Origin: an uncultured Candidatus Saccharibacteria bacterium
GTDB taxonomy: Bacteria; Patescibacteriota; Doudnabacteria; UBA920
Assembly: GCA_964384035.1 (NCBI GenBank)
Contig: CAYLIB010000001.1
Location: forward strand, 135,636 to 199,635
Direction: 5' to 3'
DNA length: 64,000 bases
The position numbers and the translations under genes were made by a program. The notes under the pieces were generated by a model that was given only the letters and a program-made list of their open reading frames with translations, did not search any database and was not told where the DNA came from. How positions within the stretch are numbered: position 1 is the stretch's first letter; each line of letters begins with the position of its first letter. Shown here piece by piece: positions 10,201 to 19,359 of the stretch.

Positions 10201-11435
10201 GTACATCTAGCGTTTTCAAGGACAGCGCCTCATTTACCGCTATAGACTATCCATCCACGACAACTAAAGCTATCTCTTCTGTATCTGTCTCGCCTTACAC
10301 GGCATCTAATGGTCAGGAAGGTTATATTAAAGGTTATCCAGTTCAAGTTTCTTGGACAGCATCAGGGATTACGAGTTTCAATGCTCAGCTTTTCATAAAA
10401 TCTACAGACGGTTCTATTACTCCAAACCAGGTTTTTAGGTCCAATATCACCGGTAACTCTATTCCAAACGGTGCCCCAATTCCAACCTCTGTTGGAACCG
10501 GTGCAAAAGCATTCATCCGTATTTGTGAAAATACCGGTAGTTTCCAAGATTGTAACAACGGCACTACTTATAAAGACAGCGATGAATTCACCATCAGCGA
10601 AATTACAAACAAAGCTATAACTGCTGTAATAACCGCCCCTTATACAACATCAAGCGGTACAACCGGCTATATAAAAGGATATCCAATTAGTGTTTCTTGG
10701 GCTTCAACGGGTCTCTCTATATATACAGTAGAGTTAATGCTCAAATTCCCAGATGGGACTGTTGGAACCGCAGGTGGTTTTGTATCTAAAACCACAGCTA
10801 GTTCTGTAACCCTACCTATTCCAACAAACATTGGAAACGGTGCTACCGGGTTTGTAAGAGTTTGTGAATGGACCACTGGTACCTGTACCAACGGATATAG
10901 TGATGTGTATAAAGATAGCAGTACATTCACTATCAATGACCTCAATCAGGGTGGTTATATCACAACTACAACTGGTTACTATCAAGCAGAAACCGGCACC
11001 ACTATCGTTTCCCCGATGCAGTCAGCAGCCGACGGTTCTAATGTAGGTCACGTATTTACTCCTCAGGCCAACTCAGGAAGTGTAATCATTCCATTTAATA
11101 CAACCGGGTCTACACAAACATACATAGTATGGGCTAAGGTAATCGCCCCAGACTCAAGCACAGACTCATTCGTTGTATCTATAGACGGTGGTGGGGAAGA
11201 CATATTCGATACAAACGACCTAAATACAAATGGCACAATTACTTATGTAGCTAAACCAACATGGCAGTGGGTAAGAGTAAACGGTCGAGGAGGCACAGGC
11301 TCTCCAGCAATCATTAGTACCAGGGCTTGGAACCTAGCTCCAGGAGCACACACTATTACTTTTAAAGGGCGTGATGCGAATACTAAACTCGACCAAATAT
11401 TCATTACCACAAACCAAGTCGCTGTCCCGCAATAA
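7245..11435 (+). CDS. Large membrane-anchored surface protein: 2x PA14, glycoside-hydrolase-like region, 3 tandem beta repeats, CBM-like C-terminus
   Basis: N-terminal TM; PA14 motifs (SIRWVG...RSDDGIRI...VEYYENTG and FSATYQG...RTDDGMRV...VEYYENVG); NWEGDW GH-like segment; three PYT....GYIKGYP..VSW repeats; C-terminal YIVWAKV...GAHTITF.GRD...LDQIFIT. Confidence 0.8.
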   Translation: MEYHPMFPKQGSINTPARPKPSLGSLLVEIVNEKVHSGLAAASLAFMFLLVGSISLTLPVDPSFSTGYPSSYASIAKAKAIVLGDSTTLPSGTVYPDARTVSPVKCRGGQLQNGQFCVYSFIDFSTGQHFVYPAPETATNQNPYITSTINNDWDKGVIKGTSGRKDNISIRWVGNIEFKKGLYAFSTRSDDGIRISVNSSRINLSATNGTSVQAYADHGPTDFKGYVYIETPGTKEIVVEYYENTGLAVAKVSLNEYLGDPLAKGGSSTSLIPNAKNYAELLGVTHVAGNYRFTNKTFLEEGTDAVAETGARTIGIWMGPDYQKQYHDSNLPAGITSLKALAETSPFKSVFANSNFDTYILTTYTFSNFFNTFDGSWNSPINQSIYNKEVIEMKDLAVYLSQTYPNKKFILKNWEGDWQVQGNFALNGSEAIPSNSRIEAMTNWLRARQEGVVQARTQTGKNNIYHAVEFNSLRKCDSNGQNCLLTRTNLLNNVIGNVDSDLLSYSAYGTTNGGDREKIFSDIQYIKSHPSAKSRNLILSEFVAIGGQDNVQMLKNQAKAFLDAGVVRAIYWEIYDNVCALNSTGTAQLDPNCVSFGLIDRTGARTPQFNTLKDLISSSSQQSYSILGIQRFNQNLTGNQSYINTDEMVVGQYMLLYGTFPSTGAEVWIGGEQVPASNVAAALSTSATTNQINVKIDKQYYAQASPTGFYPVVVKKNGVSSNEKLIRYQSSQTTTLTCPTPQNINGIVTSCYYNDKAPVYAHFQSVDLVETRITDGPTQDGYMFNKDWAKNTPGSKINPDHFSATYQGYFPFDGGEYKFTARTDDGMRVWIEASGVAYTVLDKFTDQGATTYTNTIKLPAGSHLVKVEYYENVGDAVASLRWDKLTPIETTKEINSVTVSPYTTPAGQSGYIKGYPIGVSWTASNITNGYTVELMFNDSGTARGVGILSSRTTSSSGSYSLPTSIGTGGAFFVRVCEYTTGTCSNGTSSVFKDSASFTAIDYPSTTTKAISSVSVSPYTASNGQEGYIKGYPVQVSWTASGITSFNAQLFIKSTDGSITPNQVFRSNITGNSIPNGAPIPTSVGTGAKAFIRICENTGSFQDCNNGTTYKDSDEFTISEITNKAITAVITAPYTTSSGTTGYIKGYPISVSWASTGLSIYTVELMLKFPDGTVGTAGGFVSKTTASSVTLPIPTNIGNGATGFVRVCEWTTGTCTNGYSDVYKDSSTFTINDLNQGGYITTTTGYYQAETGTTIVSPMQSAADGSNVGHVFTPQANSGSVIIPFNTTGSTQTYIVWAKVIAPDSSTDSFVVSIDGGGEDIFDTNDLNTNGTITYVAKPTWQWVRVNGRGGTGSPAIISTRAWNLAPGAHTITFKGRDANTKLDQIFITTNQVAVPQ
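9913..10940 (+). repeat. Three tandem ~115-aa intragenic repeats
   Basis: Units start near 9913, 10260 and 10605; shared pattern T.K.I..V...PYT...G..GYIKGYP..VSW...F.R.CE....C.NG...KDS..FT. Confidence 0.85.
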
Positions 11436-11437
11436 AT

Positions 11438-11467
11438 AAAAATCCCCTCTAAGAAGGGGATTTTTTT
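11438..11467 (+). terminator. Intrinsic terminator
   Basis: aatcccct-ctaaga-aggggatt followed by a T tract. Confidence 0.75.
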
Positions 11468-11510
11468 ATCTGTAATTCGTCATGTTATAAAAAAAGAACG
11501 AAAATTTCGT

Positions 11511-12569
11511 TCATTTAAATTTTGGCAATAAGAACAATCTCTCGTTCATCCAACCAAGAAGGCCATCTTCTTCTGCTCTGTACCAGCCCTTAGACAAAGT
11601 GCTTATTTTGGACTGCACTCGAAGAGCAAAATTCTGCCACAACCGGTCCTCTGCGGTACTAAAGATACAAGCAAGCATAATCATGGTAAACGCATGTATA
11701 TGATTGAAATATCCATCATGCTGTCCAAATTGAAGTATCCGGTTAAGTGCTGCCAAACGAAAGTCTTCTGGTCTTAGTCCAATTACACCCAGTCCCTCCT
11801 CGGAAAGGAGAGTTAGTTCATCAATCAGCTCAGCTGTGGTCTCGATGTTGTCATCCCATCGCTTAAACTTATCATGGGCGCGATTTCCCAGTATTTCGTG
11901 TAGATAAATCACCGCAGTTACAGGTATGGTCGCACCCACACACCGGCTCTTAAAAGCAGGTATTCCGCCACACTCAGCCCAAGCATTAGCAATTACTTTA
12001 GGTTCAACATTAGCGAAACTTGCCGCATCCATAAAAGCAAGCAAATCGTCATATTTACGAGCTTTTGCTACCTTAGTTCGCAAATGCGAATACAGGCCTT
12101 CTTCGATAAGCGTGGTTGTTATTAGGCGCTTCGGATATTTAATTAGTTCGAAGACATCTCTAACTCGGGACCACTTCCGTATGAAGCTATGAGCACCAAT
12201 AGATTCATCCTTCAACTTTTCCACCAACCTAGCTAACAAATTTGCTCTTGTCTTTTGTGCAAAATCAGGATCAATTTCTCTTTGGACACCAAAAATTATA
12301 TTGTCCGAGTTAGTAACCGATCCATTTTTCTTGATATATTTTCTGACGACCCTAATTAGTTCATCGCTGGTAAGTCCAGGAAACAATTCTAGACCCCTCT
12401 TGACTACAAGATCGGCTTCATCCTGTTGGTCATTTTTAAAACTGTAAAGCTTGGCTCTTTGAAAATATTCCAAGAGCAAATCTACTGGATTATTGTCTGG
12501 CCTTTCATCCTTGAACCAGATATATTCAATAACCCCAAGGCGTTCTTCTAAGCTTTTAAAACTTGCCAT
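11511..12569 (-). CDS. Hypothetical protein (cargo)
   Basis: 352-aa helical ORF; strong SD GGAGGTG upstream of ATG. Confidence 0.8.
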   Translation of the reverse strand: MASFKSLEERLGVIEYIWFKDERPDNNPVDLLLEYFQRAKLYSFKNDQQDEADLVVKRGLELFPGLTSDELIRVVRKYIKKNGSVTNSDNIIFGVQREIDPDFAQKTRANLLARLVEKLKDESIGAHSFIRKWSRVRDVFELIKYPKRLITTTLIEEGLYSHLRTKVAKARKYDDLLAFMDAASFANVEPKVIANAWAECGGIPAFKSRCVGATIPVTAVIYLHEILGNRAHDKFKRWDDNIETTAELIDELTLLSEEGLGVIGLRPEDFRLAALNRILQFGQHDGYFNHIHAFTMIMLACIFSTAEDRLWQNFALRVQSKISTLSKGWYRAEEDGLLGWMNERLFLLPKFK

Positions 12570-12697
12570 ATTTCACCTCCGTTGTATTTGAGATAACCCT
12601 AATTTTTAGCACACAATTACTTAAAAGTAAATATACCTATTAATCCTAAATAGTTGTACGAAGCAAATAAAAAAAGGGGAATATATTTCAATTCCCC

Positions 12698-13102
12698 TTA
12701 GACCAGGTCGACCAGTAAAGTCCACTGCTCGAGGTCTTCTTCGAAATATAGTTCCCCTTGAGCAGTGCAGGGGAAGGTAAACCACACAACAGACGCCACG
12801 CAGTCGGCGCGTACATCCATTGGCCCTTCCGGTCTTCCGCAGCCGCAAGGACAAGTGAATTTTTTGGCGAAACTTCTCAAGTCTTGCCTGGGAAATATTT
12901 TGAAACCTACATTTCCCTCCTTCTTATATCTCCGCCCATCAATCATTGTCCACCCTCCATCATAAAGAGCGGACAACTCGCCAAGAGCCCCCACCTGGGA
13001 TGTAAATGTCTGCATCCTGACCCCACAACAATCTTCAAAATCGTATCCCGGGGGGCAGTATGTACGGCAGACGTGACATACGCGCCATAAATCATCTTCC
13101 AT
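12698..13102 (-). CDS. Cys-rich putative Zn-binding protein (cargo)
   Basis: CHVC...CC and CPCGC...C...C motifs; SD GGAGG. Confidence 0.7.
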   Translation of the reverse strand: MEDDLWRVCHVCRTYCPPGYDFEDCCGVRMQTFTSQVGALGELSALYDGGWTMIDGRRYKKEGNVGFKIFPRQDLRSFAKKFTCPCGCGRPEGPMDVRADCVASVVWFTFPCTAQGELYFEEDLEQWTLLVDLV

Positions 13103-13300
13103 AAAATTCCTCCATGTGGGGTTTTTGTTCGGAAAGCCATCTATTTGCTCGCATGAGCTAGAAAAGCTTCTTGTAAAGCACCTACAAAAGGAGAGAGTCT
13201 TTCATAGATACCCTACAAGAAGCTCACGATTGGATGTGCGGTCCAATCGTGAGATAATATTGTGCGAATTATTTTTTTGTTTTGCCCCGCTAGGAGGTTT

Positions 13301-15718
13301 TTATTTTTCAACGTGGCCAGTGCGGCCACAGTTGCTGCAAGTCACCGGCACTTGCGCGCCGGCAACCAAAGCTTTCCACTCTTTCTTCTTCATGGCTTCG
13401 ATTGAGTAGTTGCACGGAATGCAACGCACCCAACCGTCACCAAGCACTAAGAAGTCTTCACTAACCTCAACCACTTCTGGTTTAGGAGTTTCGACTTGTT
13501 CGGTAGTAGGGGAAAGAGTTTCTGCTTCCGTAGTCACCTCACCACGCTGCAGCCGCTCAATTTCAGCTAGGATTGTCGCCGGGTCAACCAACTTTGTTTG
13601 CGGGTTAACCGGCACCACAAGCCTGCCTTGTTTGTCGCGACCAATGGCGAAGTCCTTGTAAGTGCAGTACCAAGACTCGCCGACAACGGGCGGAACGTCC
13701 AGCCAGTTGCAACGCTGCGGGTCGCATGTCACGCGAACCACACCTTCGACTGTAGTGTATTCATCTTGCCTTGGGAGCTTAATGGATACACCACCTTCAA
13801 CGGTGACGGTTCCCGTAAGGCGACCCCTGAATTCTGGCCGTTGGTCTGCTTCGAACTTCACGAGCCAACGACCGTAGCGTTGGCTTTCTGCTTGCATAAG
13901 CTCGAGCTGTTTTTCGAGTCGCCGAATCTGCTGCCGATTTGTGAGTTCAGTTTCATCCGGTTCTTCGAAGAGATCGACAGTTTTGGTTTTCTCGAAATCA
14001 CTTTCCGTTACCACAACCTCGCGGTTGAGGGTAAAGGTGAAGCTGATTTCGTTGCGCCCATACCGCCGTGCCTCCAGCCGAACCAACCAGGTGTTGCCGA
14101 GTTCCGTTTCCATGACGGTCATGGTTTCTTTGTCTTCTGGAAGCTCGAGAAGGGCGTCCATGAGAGCATCGAAACCTTGCTCGTTTGAGTACAGCCAATG
14201 ATTGGAGCCGAAGCGAATGCAGTCCACTTCAAACCAACCATTGTCTTTGTAATCAGGAAGCAAGAACTCAGCCAGTTTATTCTCGAGCTCGCGCCAAGCA
14301 GCAATGCGCGAATCGATACGGTTAATGAAGTCTTGAGTTTCGACTGCTACCACAAGCGCCTGCTTATAGTCACCCTCCGAATCAACGAGCCGGTCAAGCT
14401 CATTCGAAAAGCGCTCAGCTTCCGCTTGTTCAGCTGTCGTAACCTCGGCATATTCGCCTCGGCCACGGCGGATGTCATAAAGATAGCTTTCAAGCTGTTG
14501 CTTACGCTCTTTGGCTTGCGTCTTCTCCGCCTTTTTAGTCTCAACTTCTACTTTCAAGGCTTCGATTCGGCTCGCCAACGCAGCAACCAAAGTTTCGACC
14601 TCGTCGTACTCAGCAGCCGCGAGCTTTTCGCGCGCCACTTTGAGTTCGGCCTCAAGAGCTTCGGTTTCGGTCTTAACCAAGTTGCGATCGTAATAGTCGA
14701 TCGCCGCATACACCTCTTTATAGGAGGTTTCCACAGCGACGACTTTGTCGCGAACCTCAATGAAGCGCCCACCAATTTCGCTTCGAGCCGTTTGTGCTTT
14801 GGCTTTGGCTGTTTCTACGCGGGACATAACGGTTTCAATCGTCAGTCCCTCAACAGTCGTAGCCTCATTCACAATATGCTCGAAGCGCGCCTGCAAACCT
14901 TGGCCGAGTTCAGTCAGCGACCACGAATACCAACTCGAGGGCCGAGTTTTAAACGGCTCCTCGTCGGGAATCGCGATTGCATCCTTGAGCAAACGGCGAA
15001 CGAGAGCTTGTAACGCCGTTTGGGTTTTGGATCTTGCCTCAGCTTCCGACTCCAGACCCAGTTTGAAATATGAGCCTGATGCATCATACTGCTGAAGCGC
15101 TATAAACGCCTCCACCGGCTCGCCGTTTGCATCCGTTGTGACCTCGACTTTCTTGAGGACGGACGACAAACGCTCGAGTGTCTTCTGAAGATCGCTCTGC
15201 CAGTCGGTTGCGTGTTGAGCACGCGCAGCTTCCCAGGCCTTCTCAATGCGCCGCGCTTCAATTTTGGCTCTCAGACCTTCAAGGTCCTTACCTTCAAACG
15301 TTTGACCTTCGTAGGTAACAACCAGTGTAACCTGGCGTCCTGAAGGGAGGGTGGGTATCTTTGTGAGAAACGCGAGTTGTTCAACTGTTGCTGCGGCTTT
15401 GACATAAAATGTGCCATACGAATGACTATATGTCACATTCAGTGTTTGTCCTTCAGCTTGAATCTCATCCGGGTTTTCAAGTCTAATCCGCGCTGCCTTT
15501 ACAGGGTCAGGAGCAGGGAAACTGAGAGCCTCAATATTAGGAATTCCTTCGGCAGACATTGCATCTCCGAGTAGTCCTTTGAGTAGCGTTTCCAACTCTT
15601 CCCGGGTCGGCAGGCGGAACACGTGTTCGCCTGCTCGGATGATAAGCGCTTTGACTTCGTTCATGATCGCCACATTCAGGGCGATAATCTGCATGAGTTT
15701 TTCTTTTTTTGTTGTCAT
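13301..15718 (-). CDS. 805-aa coiled-coil protein; N-terminus resembles the HrpA/HrpB C-terminal region; C-terminal Zn ribbon
   Basis: Directly downstream of the helicase; SD AGGAGG; NPDEI..EG..LNVTY and LPSGR segments; central coiled coil; C-terminal CIPC...CSNC. Confidence 0.7.
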   Translation of the reverse strand: MTTKKEKLMQIIALNVAIMNEVKALIIRAGEHVFRLPTREELETLLKGLLGDAMSAEGIPNIEALSFPAPDPVKAARIRLENPDEIQAEGQTLNVTYSHSYGTFYVKAAATVEQLAFLTKIPTLPSGRQVTLVVTYEGQTFEGKDLEGLRAKIEARRIEKAWEAARAQHATDWQSDLQKTLERLSSVLKKVEVTTDANGEPVEAFIALQQYDASGSYFKLGLESEAEARSKTQTALQALVRRLLKDAIAIPDEEPFKTRPSSWYSWSLTELGQGLQARFEHIVNEATTVEGLTIETVMSRVETAKAKAQTARSEIGGRFIEVRDKVVAVETSYKEVYAAIDYYDRNLVKTETEALEAELKVAREKLAAAEYDEVETLVAALASRIEALKVEVETKKAEKTQAKERKQQLESYLYDIRRGRGEYAEVTTAEQAEAERFSNELDRLVDSEGDYKQALVVAVETQDFINRIDSRIAAWRELENKLAEFLLPDYKDNGWFEVDCIRFGSNHWLYSNEQGFDALMDALLELPEDKETMTVMETELGNTWLVRLEARRYGRNEISFTFTLNREVVVTESDFEKTKTVDLFEEPDETELTNRQQIRRLEKQLELMQAESQRYGRWLVKFEADQRPEFRGRLTGTVTVEGGVSIKLPRQDEYTTVEGVVRVTCDPQRCNWLDVPPVVGESWYCTYKDFAIGRDKQGRLVVPVNPQTKLVDPATILAEIERLQRGEVTTEAETLSPTTEQVETPKPEVVEVSEDFLVLGDGWVRCIPCNYSIEAMKKKEWKALVAGAQVPVTCSNCGRTGHVEK

Positions 15719-15737
15719 CTTTTGCCTCCTAAAAAGG

Positions 15738-17807
15738 TTAGAGCTGGACGAGCATTTGCCGCACCAGCCAATTACGAAACTGGTTTGCGGCTTCCGCTTC
15801 GAATTCGATCGGGACCTCGGCGTCCGGTACGAGTTCTGTTGAAGAACTCAGGCGTTCACCAGCGAACCTTTGAGCAAACTCAATTCGTACACCATCAGCA
15901 TCCACAGCGTAAATTGACTGCGGTGTCTTTTGAGCGTACTTATCGAGCAGGTCGGAAGAAACTTCCGTTCCTTCAATGGTCGCACGGCGAATGCCTCGCT
16001 TGTCAGTCCAAAATCTAATCACTCCAAGAACGGCATCGTCTGCATCGGCGACGGAATGTTGAGCAGCCCACACAGCTCCAGCCGTGCTGTTCCGCTGGCT
16101 CTGTACAAAGTCGAAACTTTGCACGCGAGCGAGCAGTTCAACAAACCGGATGTGCAAGTTGGTATCACTTTCAATTTTGGCGAAACCTTCGGGATTAAGC
16201 AGGTCCAGACCAAGCTGGCGATAAATGCTCTTCATGGCGATTGCGACTTCCTTAATCGCTTTGCCAGAAAAACCAAATTCATCGCACCACTCAGCGAACG
16301 CTCCTTTTTCCACATCATTTCCGCGTCGTTTCACGTAGTCTCCATTGAAGGCATACTCCTTTTCATCGCCACGACGAATAAAACCAAACTGGTTCATCGC
16401 ACTAGCAATAATATTGTATGCAGTCAGATGGTCACTACCTTTAACGCGGAAGTTAGAAAGTTTTGCATCCTTGCGCATGAGCGAATACAGAGACTCGATG
16501 CTTGCGCTCACGATAGTGATATCCAGCAGTTGTTCATTACCACTGTCTTCCGCATGCACAAGCATTTCTGCCCACGCAGGGGAGACAGGCAGTCGTTCGA
16601 TGCGTTTACCGTAATGCGTAAGTTCCGGTGAATCTTTCTCGATAACACCACGTTCTCGAAAGCGGGCTACTTCGGCCAGATATTTGCCCTGGTCAATTTT
16701 CGTAATCAGGTCAAGTTCACTGGCTTCGACACCTAGCCTCGCGCAGACTAAGGCCACATGTTGCAAATCGCCCCCTAATTGAAACCGGGGAACTTCGGGT
16801 TTGAGGCTGTGAAAATCAATCGAGCGACTGGAGAGGATGTAAATTTCTCCGTTAACTGCTCGACCGTTCACACGACCACCCATTTGCAGCATGGTGTTGT
16901 TATCGAGATACGTTTTCTCCAGAACCTTCACACCGCTGTGAATATTTTCAGTGAACATCTGGTCCACGATCACAACGGTATCCAGTCCCGCGATGTTCAG
17001 ACTCGAAGCACCCGCGCTCGTCATAAAGATCATAAACGGCTTAGGCACTTCTCCCTTGAGGAATTGACGAAGTTTTTCGGCTTTCTCGCCACCGTGGTAG
17101 TAGTCGGTGTTCAGACCCGGGGTTGATGCGAACTGCTTGGACAAACGTTCAGCCATTTCGCGGGTTGGAACGAATACAGCCACGGCGCGTTTTTCGGCAA
17201 CAAACTTCTGAACGTTGCTGCGAAGAAAATCATCTACTTCTCCGTATTTAGCTTCCGCTTTGGCTTTACGAGTCGGGTCAAACGCCGAACATTCGATCAC
17301 GCTCTGTGCATTCAGATAATTCTTGTACACAGATGCGTCAATCGTAGCGCTCATCCACACCACGGTGTTACCTTCGCGTTTGGCCAGAGCCATGGACAGC
17401 TCCAAGTGTTCGCTCGTCTGGTGAATTTCGTCAATAACGATGAGATCGTTTTTTTTGATGACTCCATTCTTAAACCAGTGAAGCGCCACACCGGGCGTGA
17501 TCACGAGCACGTTGCAACTCCAAGTGTATGGGGTAGCTTCGTTTTCACGAGTCACGACGTCCACTTTGAGTTCGCCTATGATCTGTTTCGCCATTGCGCG
17601 GATGGCAACGGTTTTACCCGTCCCAGTGCCGGCAACAACACCAAACCCACCATTTGCCAAATTTGTCACTGCGGCGGCAATCTCTGTTCCTTTCTCGCGG
17701 ACTAGCAAAGTTCCAGGGATATTGCCGTTCTCCAGCACAACGGAAATATTGAGGCATGTACTCCGGGTAGGAGCAATGATAACAACTCTTCCAAATTCCT
17801 TACTCAT
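15738..17807 (-). CDS. SF2 DEAH/HrpA-like RNA helicase with permuted motif Ia
   Basis: GTGTGKT, TPG, DEIH, SAT, VFVPT and QMGGRVNGR motifs; HA2-like LTHYGKRIERLPVSPAWAEML and SDHL. Confidence 0.85.
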   Translation of the reverse strand: MSKEFGRVVIIAPTRSTCLNISVVLENGNIPGTLLVREKGTEIAAAVTNLANGGFGVVAGTGTGKTVAIRAMAKQIIGELKVDVVTRENEATPYTWSCNVLVITPGVALHWFKNGVIKKNDLIVIDEIHQTSEHLELSMALAKREGNTVVWMSATIDASVYKNYLNAQSVIECSAFDPTRKAKAEAKYGEVDDFLRSNVQKFVAEKRAVAVFVPTREMAERLSKQFASTPGLNTDYYHGGEKAEKLRQFLKGEVPKPFMIFMTSAGASSLNIAGLDTVVIVDQMFTENIHSGVKVLEKTYLDNNTMLQMGGRVNGRAVNGEIYILSSRSIDFHSLKPEVPRFQLGGDLQHVALVCARLGVEASELDLITKIDQGKYLAEVARFRERGVIEKDSPELTHYGKRIERLPVSPAWAEMLVHAEDSGNEQLLDITIVSASIESLYSLMRKDAKLSNFRVKGSDHLTAYNIIASAMNQFGFIRRGDEKEYAFNGDYVKRRGNDVEKGAFAEWCDEFGFSGKAIKEVAIAMKSIYRQLGLDLLNPEGFAKIESDTNLHIRFVELLARVQSFDFVQSQRNSTAGAVWAAQHSVADADDAVLGVIRFWTDKRGIRRATIEGTEVSSDLLDKYAQKTPQSIYAVDADGVRIEFAQRFAGERLSSSTELVPDAEVPIEFEAEAANQFRNWLVRQMLVQL

Positions 17808-18041
17808 TCTTTCTCCTCAAGCTAGGGAACTTCTTCATCCACCCCAACCTGGCCAGCTAAGCTGACTTCCTGTTCCCCCGAGCCCGAGGTAAAGGCGTGC
17901 GAGTAGGATGTCTCGCATAACTTTTAGTTTTTCTGTTTCGGCTCTTTTGAGCCGTCATCAGTCGGAATACACATTCCGAGACAGAGAGGGTTTTTAGTGC
18001 GACCTAGGAAAACCCACAACCTGTTAATTTTCTGCTGAAAG

Positions 18042-18629
18042 CTAAATTCGCTCCCAGTCATACGCCTTTTTACAATCCGTGTTGCGGATTGCAAAAGACC
18101 CCTGCTTTTCGTCACCGGTAATGCGGAAAACAAGATCCCCGTCACCATCCCACCACCAGAAGACCTCCACTTGAACGCTTCCGAGCTGATAAGTGTAGCC
18201 ATGACTTTCACGCACGGCTTCCTCCACCAACTCATTACAAACCAGGTCCAAGTCTGTTATGAAACTTCGACGTTTATCGGCGTTCCAATCAGTGGCGTCT
18301 TTGCGAGGCTCGAAGTTGTCATAACAGCCATAGCCTTCACCAACAAAAGTAATCTGGCGAAGCCATTCCCCAATGAAATTCCAGTTGGGATGAGTGGTCG
18401 CCATGGCGATCACACCCTTCGCGATTTTCTCATTTTCGGTTTCTGGCAAATTGGATACCCTGCTTATTACCCGCTGCCACCACATTCCAAGCTGAAAGAG
18501 AGTCAAGGCGTTGAAGCCCATGGCTAGGAGGATCCAACCCTCCAGCCTGACACCCTTCAGGACAAAAATGAAAGTGGAAACGATCGCCGTGGCGATCGAG
18601 AAATTTCTAACAGCTATTCTGAAGTTCAT
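18042..18629 (-). CDS. Hypothetical protein with two N-terminal TM helices (cargo)
   Basis: SD GAGGAG before ATG 18629; hydrophobic N-terminus; WWWDGDG motif. Confidence 0.65.
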   Translation of the reverse strand: MNFRIAVRNFSIATAIVSTFIFVLKGVRLEGWILLAMGFNALTLFQLGMWWQRVISRVSNLPETENEKIAKGVIAMATTHPNWNFIGEWLRQITFVGEGYGCYDNFEPRKDATDWNADKRRSFITDLDLVCNELVEEAVRESHGYTYQLGSVQVEVFWWWDGDGDLVFRITGDEKQGSFAIRNTDCKKAYDWERI

Positions 18630-18841
18630 AACTCTCCTCAAGCTCGGGGCACTACTTTGCCCTTCCCCAAACTTGGCCAGTTTTTTCAGGACCGACTTCT
18701 CGCTTGCTTATGTATTCGCCAGCGAGCATAAAGGCAAAGGCAACCTTGTTTTCCAATCTTGGCAAAGCACCAACGCGTTGTTGATGCCGCCAAGAAAGGA
18801 AAGGTGGTATGCGTTAGTGCGTTGCATACCACCCAGAATTA

Positions 18842-19045
18842 TCACAGGATATAGTCTTCATACGCGGTTTCTTTGCGTTCTTCTTCCAAGCCGCACGTTT
18901 TGCAACGCACGACCACGACAGAAGTCGCAATGTAATCCCACGTATAGTCACCATTATTTATTTTCTCAATCTCACACGAGTGCGAAATTAAAGAAAAGTT
19001 ATGGTCACATTCGTTATTGCAAAATAAGCTCATTTGTTCGTTCAT
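18842..19045 (-). CDS. Small Cys-containing putative Zn-ribbon protein
   Basis: SD GGAG before ATG 19045; C.H...RCKTCG pattern. Confidence 0.5.
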   Translation of the reverse strand: MNEQMSLFCNNECDHNFSLISHSCEIEKINNGDYTWDYIATSVVVVRCKTCGLEEERKETAYEDYIL

Positions 19046-19359
19046 GATATTCTCCATGTTTAAAGTTAAAGTTTTGTGGATGCAATTGATCCCTTTCTTT
19101 AACTCATATACATTTCAAATTCTTGAACGAAACATAGCTCTTTTAATAACGAACAGCTCTATCCAATTTTCAATCCACAAATTTCTTTGCAGACTGAAGA
19201 AAGGAGAGGTTACAAGTTTGAGTGCTAGTCAACTTGTAACCTCTGAATAATTGCGTCCCCAGACTTATCGCTAAGTGTGGGGAAAACTTCCGGATGCCTA
19301 GGATACCGGAAGTGGTATGAAATTGTATGAATGTATCATTTCTACCTAGGATGTTTAAG

